From Paragordius varius (lineage: Eukaryota > Animalia > Nematomorpha), in NCBI GenBank assembly GCA_964247055.1, contig OZ176057.1:496001-560000 (forward strand): a stretch of 64,000 bases of DNA, read 5' to 3'. Position 1 is the stretch's first letter; every line of letters begins with the position of its first letter. Shown here piece after piece: positions 11,101 to 22,795 of the stretch. A program made the position numbers and the translations under genes. The notes beneath the pieces were generated by a model, which was given only the letters and a program-made list of their open reading frames with translations, was not told the DNA's origin and ran no database searches.

Positions 11101-13479
11101 GGCGCATATTATATTGATTTTCAGCAAGTATTTTTTATGTTACTAATATAAAGGGCTAAATTTAGTTGGATTTAATAAATTGACGTTTAATTTAATTCTA
11201 TCCATTCATATTGAGCCAAAATTTGCAAATAATATTTATTTAATAATATTTATATGATATCTAAGTTTTATAATTTTTGATCAAGTATTATGCAAATAAA
11301 TTGATTTTTTCCGAATATATCCACATATGGAAAAAGTGAAAAAAAAGTTTTCTACATTGACAATTTTTTTTATCCTTATATTTTTTGGATGTATATGTCA
11401 CAAGGGTTATATTAAGCTAGGTATGATATCTTGAGTAAATTTGTTGCACACTGTGTAATAGTAAAAAGTGAAAAAACTATAAGCCAATGATACTGCCTTT
11501 TGTTTTCTTTACTTTTTTTAGCAATAATTAATAACTTTCTAGCAATGTATACTCAATACTGTAATAAAATCCAATATTTTTTTAAAAAAAACGATTTAGG
11601 TTAATGAATAATTTTTTTATAATTTAATTCTTATTAAATTCAACCAAGAAAATGAAGTTAATAGGTTACTTTTTTTTATTTAAAAATTGGTATATTTATT
11701 ACCCTGATTGTTAAAAATTTAAATTAAAAATATGTTTTAAGTAATTTCATGCTATTTAACATAATACTGTAGTAAAATTAGTTTGATATTTCATTAATTT
11801 ATTTTATAATCTTTTGTGCTAATAGTAATATAATTATACAGAAAGACAAAAAACGTAAAAAATTAAAGACATTATCTTTTCTCAAAAGACAACCATTCTT
11901 TTTAACAAATTGTATTTTTTCTTATATTAATTGATTAATTACAATTGTTTTACAGTTCTATTTCATACTTTATTTTAGACATAAAGTTAGTTATATTATA
12001 TTTGAACAATTTTTATAATAGTGAAGCGAAAAAAATACTTTTCCCATGTTTTTAATGTTTTGTCAGTCTAATTTTACAGTATGAGTACTAAGTATATATT
12101 GCTAGAAAATTATTAATCATTGTTAAATAGTATATAGGACAAAGGCCAGTATTATTGGCTTATAGTTATTTTTTCACTTTTTACTATTATTAACACTTCG
12201 ATTCATTTGGAGTATCTAAATATTCCAGACTAATTTGAGTTAATAGAAAAAACGACTGAAGTAAACGGTTCCAATTTAAATTTATGCTTTTTTTCTAAAA
12301 AAATTATATAAATATGCCAAAATATCTAAATAAAATTTTGTTTCGAAAAAAATCCATGCTAAACTACTTCGACGCCATTTTTATTTTACAATTTTGCAAA
12401 TTCATTTATATTTAAGGGAAAATTAAAGCTATTTTTTTGTTAAAATACCTAAAATTGATAGAAATAGAAAAAGCGGTTTATTTTGTAATATTTTTCAATT
12501 TTACCATTGCACATATATCACGTTGACTAAATTTTTACCTTTCGGTTTTAGCTTAAAATAAGTAATATCAAGTATTTTTGAATAAATTTTTTTATATATT
12601 TCGGTTTATTAATGTTATATAAGTGCAAAATTTTGCCATGGTTTCGATTCCTTCCTTTTTAAAGAATTTAATTTTAAACAGGCCTTGGGAATCCAACTAC
12701 CCCAATTTGAATCGAAGGACTAAAATGAATGTGTATGTTGTATCCAAGTGTTAACCAATAGTAATTCTCTTTTCTGCATATTTTATTTAGCAATAATTAT
12801 TAATAACTTTCTTGATAACAAATTTTCGGTTAATAATATATTAAGGGATCAAAAATATATTGTTTTTATATATAAAAATTACGCCTTTTGCATTTTCAGC
12901 TTTTTGTCTATCTTAAATACTCTTTCTATACCTTTTCGCCTGAATCGTTTTTATCAATATCCATTGGTGGTGGTGCACTATTAGAATCTGCAGAATTCCG
13001 TTCACTAATTTGTGGCGTTTCTTTTGATTTTTTGGTATGTTGGGATGCCGCTTTTTGTTGACTTGAAATTTTTATGGTTGGTATATTGACTACCAAATTC
13101 GGTGTGGAACATGTAAGCGGTGTTTTAGATAAATTTGGATTTATTGCTTTTTGTATTAGAAATCTGTTATTTTTCAATTCAAGATTGTCCGGTTGATATA
13201 CTGAAGTTGGTTGTATAGTTAGTGTTTGTCTATGCTTTTTTACTTGTTTCTGCGTCGTTTGAGTTGTTTGTTGTAAAGTTTTTTGAGCATATTTTCCATT
13301 CTCCAGTCTTGTCTTGCTGTTGATGTTCGCGGGCCCAGTTAAATTGGGGCTTGATTTATACATGGCGGCGGATTTTTTCTGTTTCGTAAGGATTACTCTA
13401 GTTTCATTGGCTGGAGACTGAGTATTACCAAATAACTCGTAATTATTCTTTATAACGGGTACAAACATATTAGTACAGT
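8137..13479 (-). CDS. Unknown basic, Ser/Thr/Lys/Gln-rich protein (at least two exons, 5' end uncertain)
   Basis: Exon 13479-12932 (acceptor ttttttgtag; possible ATG at 13468; donor AAG|gtatag) joins in phase 0 to exon 8739-8137 (acceptor ttatttag|ATTGCG, IASGEHVGVGSGLLSKDQQPINV...; stop TAA at 8139-8137). Both are long open frames with raised GC. Possible extra exons at 14.7-15.7 kb could not be resolved. No family recognised. Confidence 0.55.
9209..11455. mobile_element. 2.25-kb foldback-like non-autonomous DNA transposon with ~960-bp near-identical inverted arms (CACAGTG termini; CMC/Chapaev-like or Transib-like)
   Basis: Arms 9209-10174 and 10503-11455 are reverse complements with few differences, around a 328-bp spacer. 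Ends read TAA|CACAGTGTGCAA and TTGCACACTGTG|TAA, a candidate 3-bp TAA target duplication. Inserted into a small hairpin MITE (GGCAGTATTATTGGC...GCCAATGATACTGCC). Confidence 0.85.
12191..12720 (-). mobile_element. Second copy of the ~500-bp family E MITE
   Basis: Reverse-complement similarity to 5893-6390 along its length. Confidence 0.65.
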
Positions 13480-16400
13480 CTACAAAAAAAGTTTTATAGT
13501 ATAAAAAAGTATTTTGAAATGATGAATAAAATTCCCCCAAAAATGGTTAAAAACAGTTAAAATTTCAAAATTTTATAATTAAAAAATGTAGAATTTTTGA
13601 GCGGAGATGTAGGATTCAAGTATGTTGTAAGGAAATTATGATTAAAAATGCAAAAATAATATTATCGGAGAATCAAAAACAATTGCAATTATATTATGTT
13701 ATATATATATATATATATATATATATTTAAGTCAACTATGCTTTATAAATATATTAAACATAAATTATGTCATAATGTCCATTTTTTTTCAAGAATAACA
13801 TAAAACATGACATCGTTTTCAAATTTTGAAACAAACAATGTATAATAAAAAAAATATTTTCTGCCTTAAAAAAATGTATGAATTACAAGATTTTTTATAA
13901 AAAAAAATTATTTTTCTTTTTGAAAAATATGCATGAAATTTAAATGAGAAAATCAAAATTTAAACCTTTTTGGGAATATTTATAGCGCGTGAATAAAAAC
14001 TAAAATTAATTCCAATAATTACATGATAATTTTTTTGATTAATTAATTAATAAATAATTTGATGACATTTACTGTTAAAGTCGTTTTAGATTTTTTACAG
14101 TGACGTATGGTAAAAAACAACGATTGGTGGTAATTGTACAATTTTTTTTCCAAGATTTTAACATGTTTATATTTATAATATGTGCAAAGCTTTTTGATTT
14201 ACTATACGCAAATTTTTAAATAAATCAATTAATTATTTTGGCAATATCAAAAGTAAGTAAATAAATGGTTAAATTTAGCCATAAATTAACGAAAAAGTTT
14301 GAATTAAAATATTTTTGCGACAATTTTGAACAGAGTCCAAAAAAAGTGTTTATTATTATAGTAATTACTGTTTTAAAGAGTTGACCTGTTTTTTTTATCG
14401 ATTCAAAAAAAGACAAAAATTTAACAGTAAAAATTAAATCTTTCAATAATTTAAAGACAAAAAATGTAAAATAACTTATATTTTATATATTATGAGTTTC
14501 AAATAATGAATAAAGGTGTACTTACTTAATGATATAAAAAATTTAAATACTACGAACAAAGCTAAGAAAGGCAAATATTTTGAAACCTTGTTTTTTTATA
14601 AAACAATCGATTTGGGGCACTCTAAATAAAGGGAATATTTGTAAATTTTATATCTTTAATTTCTTATATTGCAATATTGTAATAATATAATTTATATGGG
14701 TAGAAAAAATCAAAATGTGAAAAAGTATGGTTGGGTGGTTCATTGTCTTTTGTTAATTAAAACAATTTGTGTTCATGTCAATATTTACTGGGGGGCATAC
14801 AGCCCTTCAAATTTCTTAGATACAAAATTTTATGAAATTCAAGTAAAATAATTATTTTTTTAAAACACCTTTTCTGAATGAATCTTCCCGAGAATTTGAT
14901 AATGAAAGAACTGCAAAAAATGTCAAAATAAATTTTATCAAAGTTTTGGGTTTGAAACTACATAATAAAATATTTGTTAATGCCTCAAAAAATCAGGTCC
15001 GCGAAGTTTGTGTTGAACACCCTTGAAAAGTTGCAAAGCTAGGAATAGATGTGTAAATCATTAACACACATCAATTTTATATTTATCATATAATTAATTG
15101 TAATAATGATTCAGGTGTGGTTATATTGAAAAAATTATTAAAAAATTATTTTATTTTTTATGCATAGATATTATGATTAAATTATTAGCCCAGCTTATTT
15201 ACCTACCAGTTTAGAATCATGAATTTATATTTAACATAAGTATTCGAATAAGATTGGAATATGTCATAAAAGTCGCGAAGCTAATTATATAAAAATATAT
15301 TTTTTTTTCGGAATTTCAATACAACATTTTTTGTGTTGATAATAATAATTATTATTATTTAAATACAAAATCAATTCAATTGTGATGAGTAGGAAATCAA
15401 TCGAAAAATTTGTAATTGCAATATATATTATATTGCGATTTTCATAAATTTATTTAGATAACATTACATTGTATTTATTACATTGTATTGTTTTCTTTAG
15501 TTGGAACTAACTTAGATTCATATTGAATAGATAAAAAAATAGATTTATAATTGTAATATTTTTTGCGCGTAAGTATATATAAAATTTCATTCATTATTAA
15601 AAACGCAATAAAAAGAAAATTAATTGAAAAGATTGCTGAGGCTGACTGACGCAAAGTATCAATTTTCATTTTTTTAAAAATATTTAAAGGGATTTTTTCG
15701 GATATTTTTAGACAAAGATATATAGTTTTCGATTCATAAATATTGGTAAATTTTAAAACGAACAAATTGAAAATATATTTCATTTCAAAATTTAGAGGGA
15801 GAACAGGTCAAATTTTATGCAAAAAATATTCTTAAATGGCTAAAAATCCATAAAAAAGTAATTATCATTATTATGTAGTATAGATAAGTAAAGGAAATGT
15901 AAAAATATCGTATTGTCTAATTCTAATCTTTACTTTTGTGTTCCTAATACTATTTTTATTGATTTTTAGCTTTTTTTACCATCATTCATTCAGTATATTA
16001 TATTCAGAAATCTATACATTTAAGCCACGTTTTTTTTTCTGGTAGCATTCTTAAAACATTATAAAATTAATCCTTTTTTTTGTCATTATTATAAATTTTT
16101 TTTTTAAAAAATTCACTAATACTTTAAATTTAAATCCTTGTCTTTTATCCAGTGCAAGAACCCGAAATTTTTTTTTAGATTTTTTCGTATTATATTTTCT
16201 ATTTTTAATTTACAGTGAGGATTTGGTACGGACAAAACGTAAAAACGATAAAGATCAATATTTTTATCAAAAGACAATCATATACTTTTATTTGGCTTAC
16301 ATAAATATTTAATTACAATTGTAATTAATTGCTACCAATTTATATATTTATCTTAATAACCAAGTAAAAAGTACATTGGGTTTTCAAAAATTACAAGTTA

Positions 16401-16525
16401 TGTCATTTAAAATAATTGTTTGTCTTTATATTTCTACATTTTGTCCGTATAATTTTTATTTTTACCTGCATGTAAAAATGTTACCAATTTTCTTGATTAT
16501 TATATATCTTTTTTTAGAATCAAAT

Positions 16526-19500
16526 ATGTTAGTTATTGGTGGCAGAAATTTTTATCAAAAATCTCAACGTTATTTTTCAACAAAAACTCACAACAAAATG
16601 ATATTTTGTAAAAATTTTATTCCGAATTATTTCTCAACTCAATATATCTCAACTACTTTAAAGAACACCAGTCCGAAAAGCTTAAAAGGTATGATTTTTT
16701 TATACTTTTATTTTTTACAAAAAAAAATAAAATTAATTATACAGACGAAACATAAACACAAATGTTTTTTAAATGACGTGTCTGTTCTTTTTTAAGCCCT
16801 ATTTTCTTTCAAAGTTATTGTATATTGTTTTACAGTCATGTATTATTTTATCATTTTTTTAAATGGGTATTATATTTGGTAATGGACAAAACAAAAGGTC
16901 AATGGTATTAACAATATCATATTCATCAAAAAAGTATAAGAATTACCATGGAGCTTATGTTTTTTTCCATTCTTTACCAAATATTTATACCCATTTAACG
17001 GAAAAAAAATAAATTTTCGATAAAATAAAAAATACATCACTGTAATTTGCAAAGTATGAAATAGAAATGTAAATTAGAAAGACAATCAATTAAATCAGTA
17101 TGCATTTTAATGGTTGTTTATTTCTAACTATAGTTGGCAACAACAAGGAGTGTATGTAAAAAACGACACACGAAATGTTGAATAAACAATTTATTCCTTT
17201 ATTTTTTCCATCTTTCACTTTTGTGTTGCAAATTGCCCAATTATAGTGTGTAAAATAAGCAACCATTAAAATGCATACTGTAATTTATATATCAAAAAGT
17301 ATGGTTGGTTGTTTTTTGAAAAAAAAACGTTGTCTTTATGTTTTTACGATTTGTCTGTATATTTTTAATTTTTACTGAACTTTTTATGTGTTATTTAAAA
17401 ATAATTTTAACAGGTCTCTTTTAATCTTTTAAACAATAAAAATTGGTTTGTTTATGAACTTGCTTCTAAGTTGTGAAATTTAATTAATCTAATTATATAA
17501 AGTACGGTCATAATTTGATAAAAACAACAAAAGAGGTATTTTTAACATGGATAAACTATTTGACAATTTGTACAATTTTTGAAGCAATTAATTAATTAAT
17601 TGGTCGTTTTTATTTGTATATAGAGAGAGAACAATTACTGGTCATTTTGCCTTTAAATAGCCTAAAATATTCTCTAATTTATATTATTTACTTATTTAAT
17701 TCAATTAAAATTGTGGGAAAAAACAGTATTTAACACTTCTTTTCACTTTTTTGTCCTAGTTTACCTTTTGGGGTAGTTTTATATGGCGGTTTGGTTAAAA
17801 TTTAATTATTAAATATTGTTCTTATTTAAAATATAAAAACGCTTATATTTTACAGTTTTGGGACTTTTAGAGTCTAAAATTGGTATACTCTAAAACACGA
17901 TTGAACGAACAGCTGTTTTAAAAATCAAAATATATCCAGTTTTTTCGGGTAAAATATATCCTGAAAGCTTTTTAATGTTAATTATTTACATTTTCTAACC
18001 ATAACTATTTATTTGCCTGTTGCATTAGCGATTTAAACAAATTTATGTAAAAAAATGGCGGCAAAAAGTTTGAAATGAGAATTCAATTTTCAAAATAATG
18101 TTAATGCGCCTAAAAGGTTTAAGAAGTATATATTTTTAAACATTTTTAAGTTATTCATTTAAATCATTCTGTAATATAAATAAAACTATCCCAAAAAGAA
18201 ATTTATTGTTAATTAAAATTTATGTAAATCAATAAAAATGAAATAATACCAAACAGGTATATAAATTAAATTCCATTTTAGCCAAAAACAAAAATGACCA
18301 ATGCTTTCCTTACTATATCTAATAAACTTGTCAGTGTTTATTTCCATGTCTCAAAAATATCACTTTTGATGTTTTTTTGATAAATACAATTTGCAGTAAT
18401 CTAATTCTAATTTTGACTGTAATTTAGGTGTGATTTGATGGTTAAAAGTTAAAACTAAGTTTGTAAAATTCAAAATTAATTTTAGCTTTAACATTTCATG
18501 TCCAAAATCTTTTTTTAAGGTTAACTGTCTAACTTAAATATAAAATAGTGATAGTAAATTTGTTAAGCAATTCAACTCCTTTTTTATTAAAATGCCACAA
18601 TGGTATATACGTATTTAAATTAAAATTTATTGTTTTCTATAACGCTATTGCTAAATTATAATATCCTTAAAATTACAGTAAAAATTACAAAACATAAAAA
18701 TATAAACACTAATTTTTTTAAAAAAGACAACCTTATACTTTTTTAAACCATAATTTTTCCTATATACTAAAATTGTAAAATTTAGATTTGATTATGTTGG
18801 TAATATTCTCTATTTTACACTTTGCCATTTTAAACAATTAGTTATATTAAAAATATAAAGATTTAAAATATGGTTGTTTTATATTGGAAAAAAATATTTG
18901 CTTTATATTTTTACGTTTGTCCGTATAATTTCAATTTTTACTGTATATAGTGTTGAAAAATATCTGGGTTTTAAACATAGTTGTCTTTAATAAAAGATTT
19001 GTCTTTGAGTTTTCTGTCAATCTAATTTTATTTTTTTAATTTTATTTAATAGATCCTTTACCAAATTACACATATGCCAGAGATGTTTTTTCCCTGAGAA
19101 AACCGATCGAAATCCCAAAAAACTTTACAGAAACTGAAAGTTATCGACAAACTCAAGACAATAAAAAAGTTGAGGATTACAGTAAATTAGTTAAAATAAA
19201 TTAGTTTAAATGCCACACATATAAAAACTTAACAAAAAAATATCCTATTTTATCCTTGATTGACTGATATAACTTGGTTTATGGTAATACAATTGTGTAA
19301 CAATCAAAATTTAGTATGCTACCAATTTACATCTCTATTCCGTTTTCCCAATTTTATTCATATAGGATATCTAAAATCAAACATCAAGATTTCAGATAAT
19401 TTTTTTAAAGTACCTGTATTATTTTAAATAACTAAGTTTCATTGTATAAGTAAAAGTTATGGATCAATTTACTAAGCATTTAATTATGTTCTTAACGGTT

Positions 19501-20047
19501 TTTTATCCATTCCATAATTTAATTCAAGAATATGGTTATTTATATCTTTGACAAAGAGAACAATACTATTTTAAACTCTTTATTAACTATGTAGTTACAA
19601 GGGTTGAAAATCTCTAAAAAGATCTTTATTATTTCAATTTTCATTGGAATTTTACCCAATAAAAGGTGGTTGTCTCTTTTTTTGAAAAAAATAATCTTTA
19701 TTTTAAACGGTTTTTTAACGATTATGATATTATATAAAATAATCTCTTATTTTGAAAAATATTCTTATAATTATGACTTTCTTTGTTTAGATACCAATGC
19801 AATTTTCGCCGATCGACATGAACAAACTAAACACGAATTTTGGATTGATTCTACTGGCAGGTTTCAGCTTTGGCTTAAGAAAGCACTTATCGTAGGTTCC
19901 CTCTCTATATTTCTCATTTATTTTTGCATTGTACGCGAAGAAAATGAAATTGATGCCAATTTTGACATGAGCCTTGAACAGAGATGGGCCCTCATACAAA
20001 AGGAAAAAGCCCAAAAACTTGCTCAAAAAGACAGGGAAACTTTTTAA
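16526..20047 (+). CDS. UQCC4: Mitochondrial complex III assembly factor 4-like (CCSMST1/C16orf91 family) protein, ~182 aa
   Basis: Exons 16526-16688, 19053-19181 and 19791-20047 join in frame (549 nt). The N-terminus (MLVIGGRNFYQKSQRYFSTKT) is targeting-peptide-like. A single TM segment followed by an acidic motif (LIVGSLSIFLIYFCIVREENEID) matches the family's YFC/WC-x-LREE pattern from memory. An outron-like ttttttag lies 8 nt before the ATG. Confidence 0.6.
17096..17280. mobile_element. 185-bp MITE with CAGTATGCATTTTAATGGTTG TIRs
   Basis: 21-bp perfect inverted termini at 17096-17116 and 17260-17280. Confidence 0.7.
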
Positions 20048-20261
20048 TCCCCCTATTAATGAATGGATTAGAGTTTAAATCCAATCTTAAATTTGTCCAT
20101 AAACTCATACATAGACTAGTGTATAATTATGAAAAAGTTCCGAATCTAAAAAAAATGTTAATAACAGTTTACTAACATAAATATCTTTATTGTTGCCTTT
20201 TATATTGCAAAACGTGACAATTTCTATCATATAAACATTTTCTATCTATACATTTGGAATA

Positions 20262-20959
20262 CAGCGGCCCTTTAAAATATAACTGAGGTCCACGAGAAAT
20301 TTCATCTGCAAAAGTTTACAAAATCAACTAAGTAAAATTGATTTTGTTAAACTTTCAGAATTTATTTGCCCAAATTTTGCCAATGAGAACTAGCGGGAAA
20401 AATGTTAAAAGAAATCGTAGTTTTTACAGTCTTATGTTTATAATCTAATAAAATATGTTGTTTGTCTATTATATATTTTACGAATGCGATTCGCGAAGGT
20501 TAGAACAATCGCACTCATCAAAAATATTTATTTGGTCCCAATATCGTGTGTGACCATATACAGTAAAAATTGAAATTATACGGAAAAACGTGGGAATAAT
20601 ATAAGGACAAATATTTTTTAAAATACAACAACCATACTTTTTTCTATATAAGCTATTTAATTACTATTGTAATATATAAAATTGATTATGCTGATATTAT
20701 ACATCTTTATAACACATTTTACCATTTCAAACAATGAGTTATTTTTAAAAAAAGATTTAAAAATTCTCATTGTCTTGTGGAAAAAAATATTTGTCCTTAT
20801 ATTATTACGTTTTGTCCGTATAATTTCAATTATTACTATGATAACGATAAAAGTTTTGAGGTCGTTTGAAACATTTACAGATACTTATATTATGTTAAGT
20901 TTATCAAAAAATTTGATAAATAATTCTATTCAGCTAAAATAGCACTCTTAGGGCCGCTG
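20262..20959. mobile_element. Degenerate hAT-like element with a nested family A MITE
   Basis: 10-bp inverted termini CAGCGGCCCT (20262) and AGGGCCGCTG (20950-20959). The 8-bp flanks are only partly alike (TTGGAATA / TTTGAGAA). Confidence 0.4.
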
Positions 20960-22795
20960 TTTGAGAAAACCATTGGTTTATAGTGTTTTTGTTCCTTTTT
21001 AAGGGTAAAAACTTGAGAATTGTAATTGTAACAGAAAGGAACATTCGCTTACCCCTGCCCACGGGGGCTAAATGACTTTAATTATGAAAAAAATTGCCCA
21101 AATTCAGGGTTCAAACTTTGGCACACTTGGCCCTAATTATAACAGTATCTTTCAAAAAATTGCAATTTTTACTGAGAGCAACAAATTTTAAATATGTTAG
21201 GAGTTAATGTTCATCTAGTGATTACTTAAAATAAAAATAATTACAGTAAAAATTTTAATTATACGGACATGAGAAAATATAAATGCAAATTTTTTTTCCA
21301 AAAGACAATGATAATTTTTGAATCTTAATTTTTTTAAATATAACACGTTGTTTGAAATGGCAAAGTGTGTTATAGAGATATGTATTACTAACACAATAAT
21401 TTTATATATTACAACAAATAGCTAATATTTGGAACATTAAAGGTTTGAAAAAGTATGGGGTGTGTTTTAAAAAATATTAATCTTATTTTTACGTTTTCTC
21501 CGGATAATTTCAATTTATATTGTATTTATGACTTTTAATATCAATTTTGAACAATAATAATATCTTTTGTTTTCAATTAATTGAGAGTATAATATCAAAT
21601 TTTCAAAAATTATTATAAAGTTATCTTTTGCATGTTTGTAAAAAAATAATATATATAAACTAAAAATTAGATATATGAGGTAAAATATTAAATTAATTTG
21701 TATTTATGAATGCGTGTGTGTGTGTGTGTGTGCGTCATTCCCTTCATATTCATACTATCCATATCCCTGAAACCTAAAAAGTAAAAAAAATGGATTAAAA
21801 ATTATTTTATAAAACAAAATAAATAGTTCCTTAAAATATAATTAAACTCTCAAATAAAATCTGTATATATCGTAAAAATTAAACCAAAACCTAAGTAAAA
21901 AAATTAATAAAATGGGTTTTATAAATTAATGAACTATATTAAATGCAATATACAGTAAAAATTGAAAATATACGGACAAAACGTAAAAATATAAAGACAA
22001 TATTTTTCAAAAGAAAACCATTTTCAAACCTTAATTTATCCTATTTAAAACATTTAATATTGAAAAAAATCAAGATTTAAAAAGTATGGTTTTATTAAAA
22101 AGTATTTGTATTTATAAATTTATCCGTATAATTTAAATTTTTACTGTTTTTAATATATTAGCAGCGCCCAACTAGGCCTTACATAAGGTTTAACTTTATG
22201 TCATTATATTTAATTCTATAAAATACTGTTATTGTGCCATAATTAGTGTTTAATTGGGTGCCTATATACTAATTTTCTAGCAATATTATTAAATATTATA
22301 TATACCTATAAAAGCTTTCACATATATAGGGTGGGGATTTTATCAATTTTACTAAAAACGGTTGAAATAAGGTCTGTGCTAAAAATATTTCAAAATCAAA
22401 AAAATATAAATTGATTTCTAGTCAGAATGACTAAAATTATAGAATATGCCAATAAAAACCAAACAGTTTTAAAACTGAACAAAACAATTTTTTAGTTTGT
22501 TGTTTTCTTAATATTATTCCCAAAAACTCTTAAGAAAAAATTAAATTACTTACCTAACCAAACCACCATACACAAGGGTGAGACTGTCTTTTTTTGCTTT
22601 GGGTGATATTGTAGTAACCAAGTAAACAAGAAGGAAATGATTTTTTCTTGTGGAAAAAAACTCAGTTTCCCCCAACCCCCCCAAAGCAAATTCCAAAAAT
22701 CTTTTCTTGCTACTCAAAGGAAAAACTGAAAGGACACGCAGAACACACACGCAAAAGGTTTCGCATCTTTGTGAAAAGATGCGTTTGCACAAATG

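Noticed and set aside
14669-15783. Possible upstream exons of the 13479-8137 gene (e.g. LRDFYDIFQSYSNTYVKYKF, MKIDTLRQSASAIFSINFLFIAFL)
   Set aside because: Several fragments look coding, but no single phase-consistent chain could be established without RNA data.
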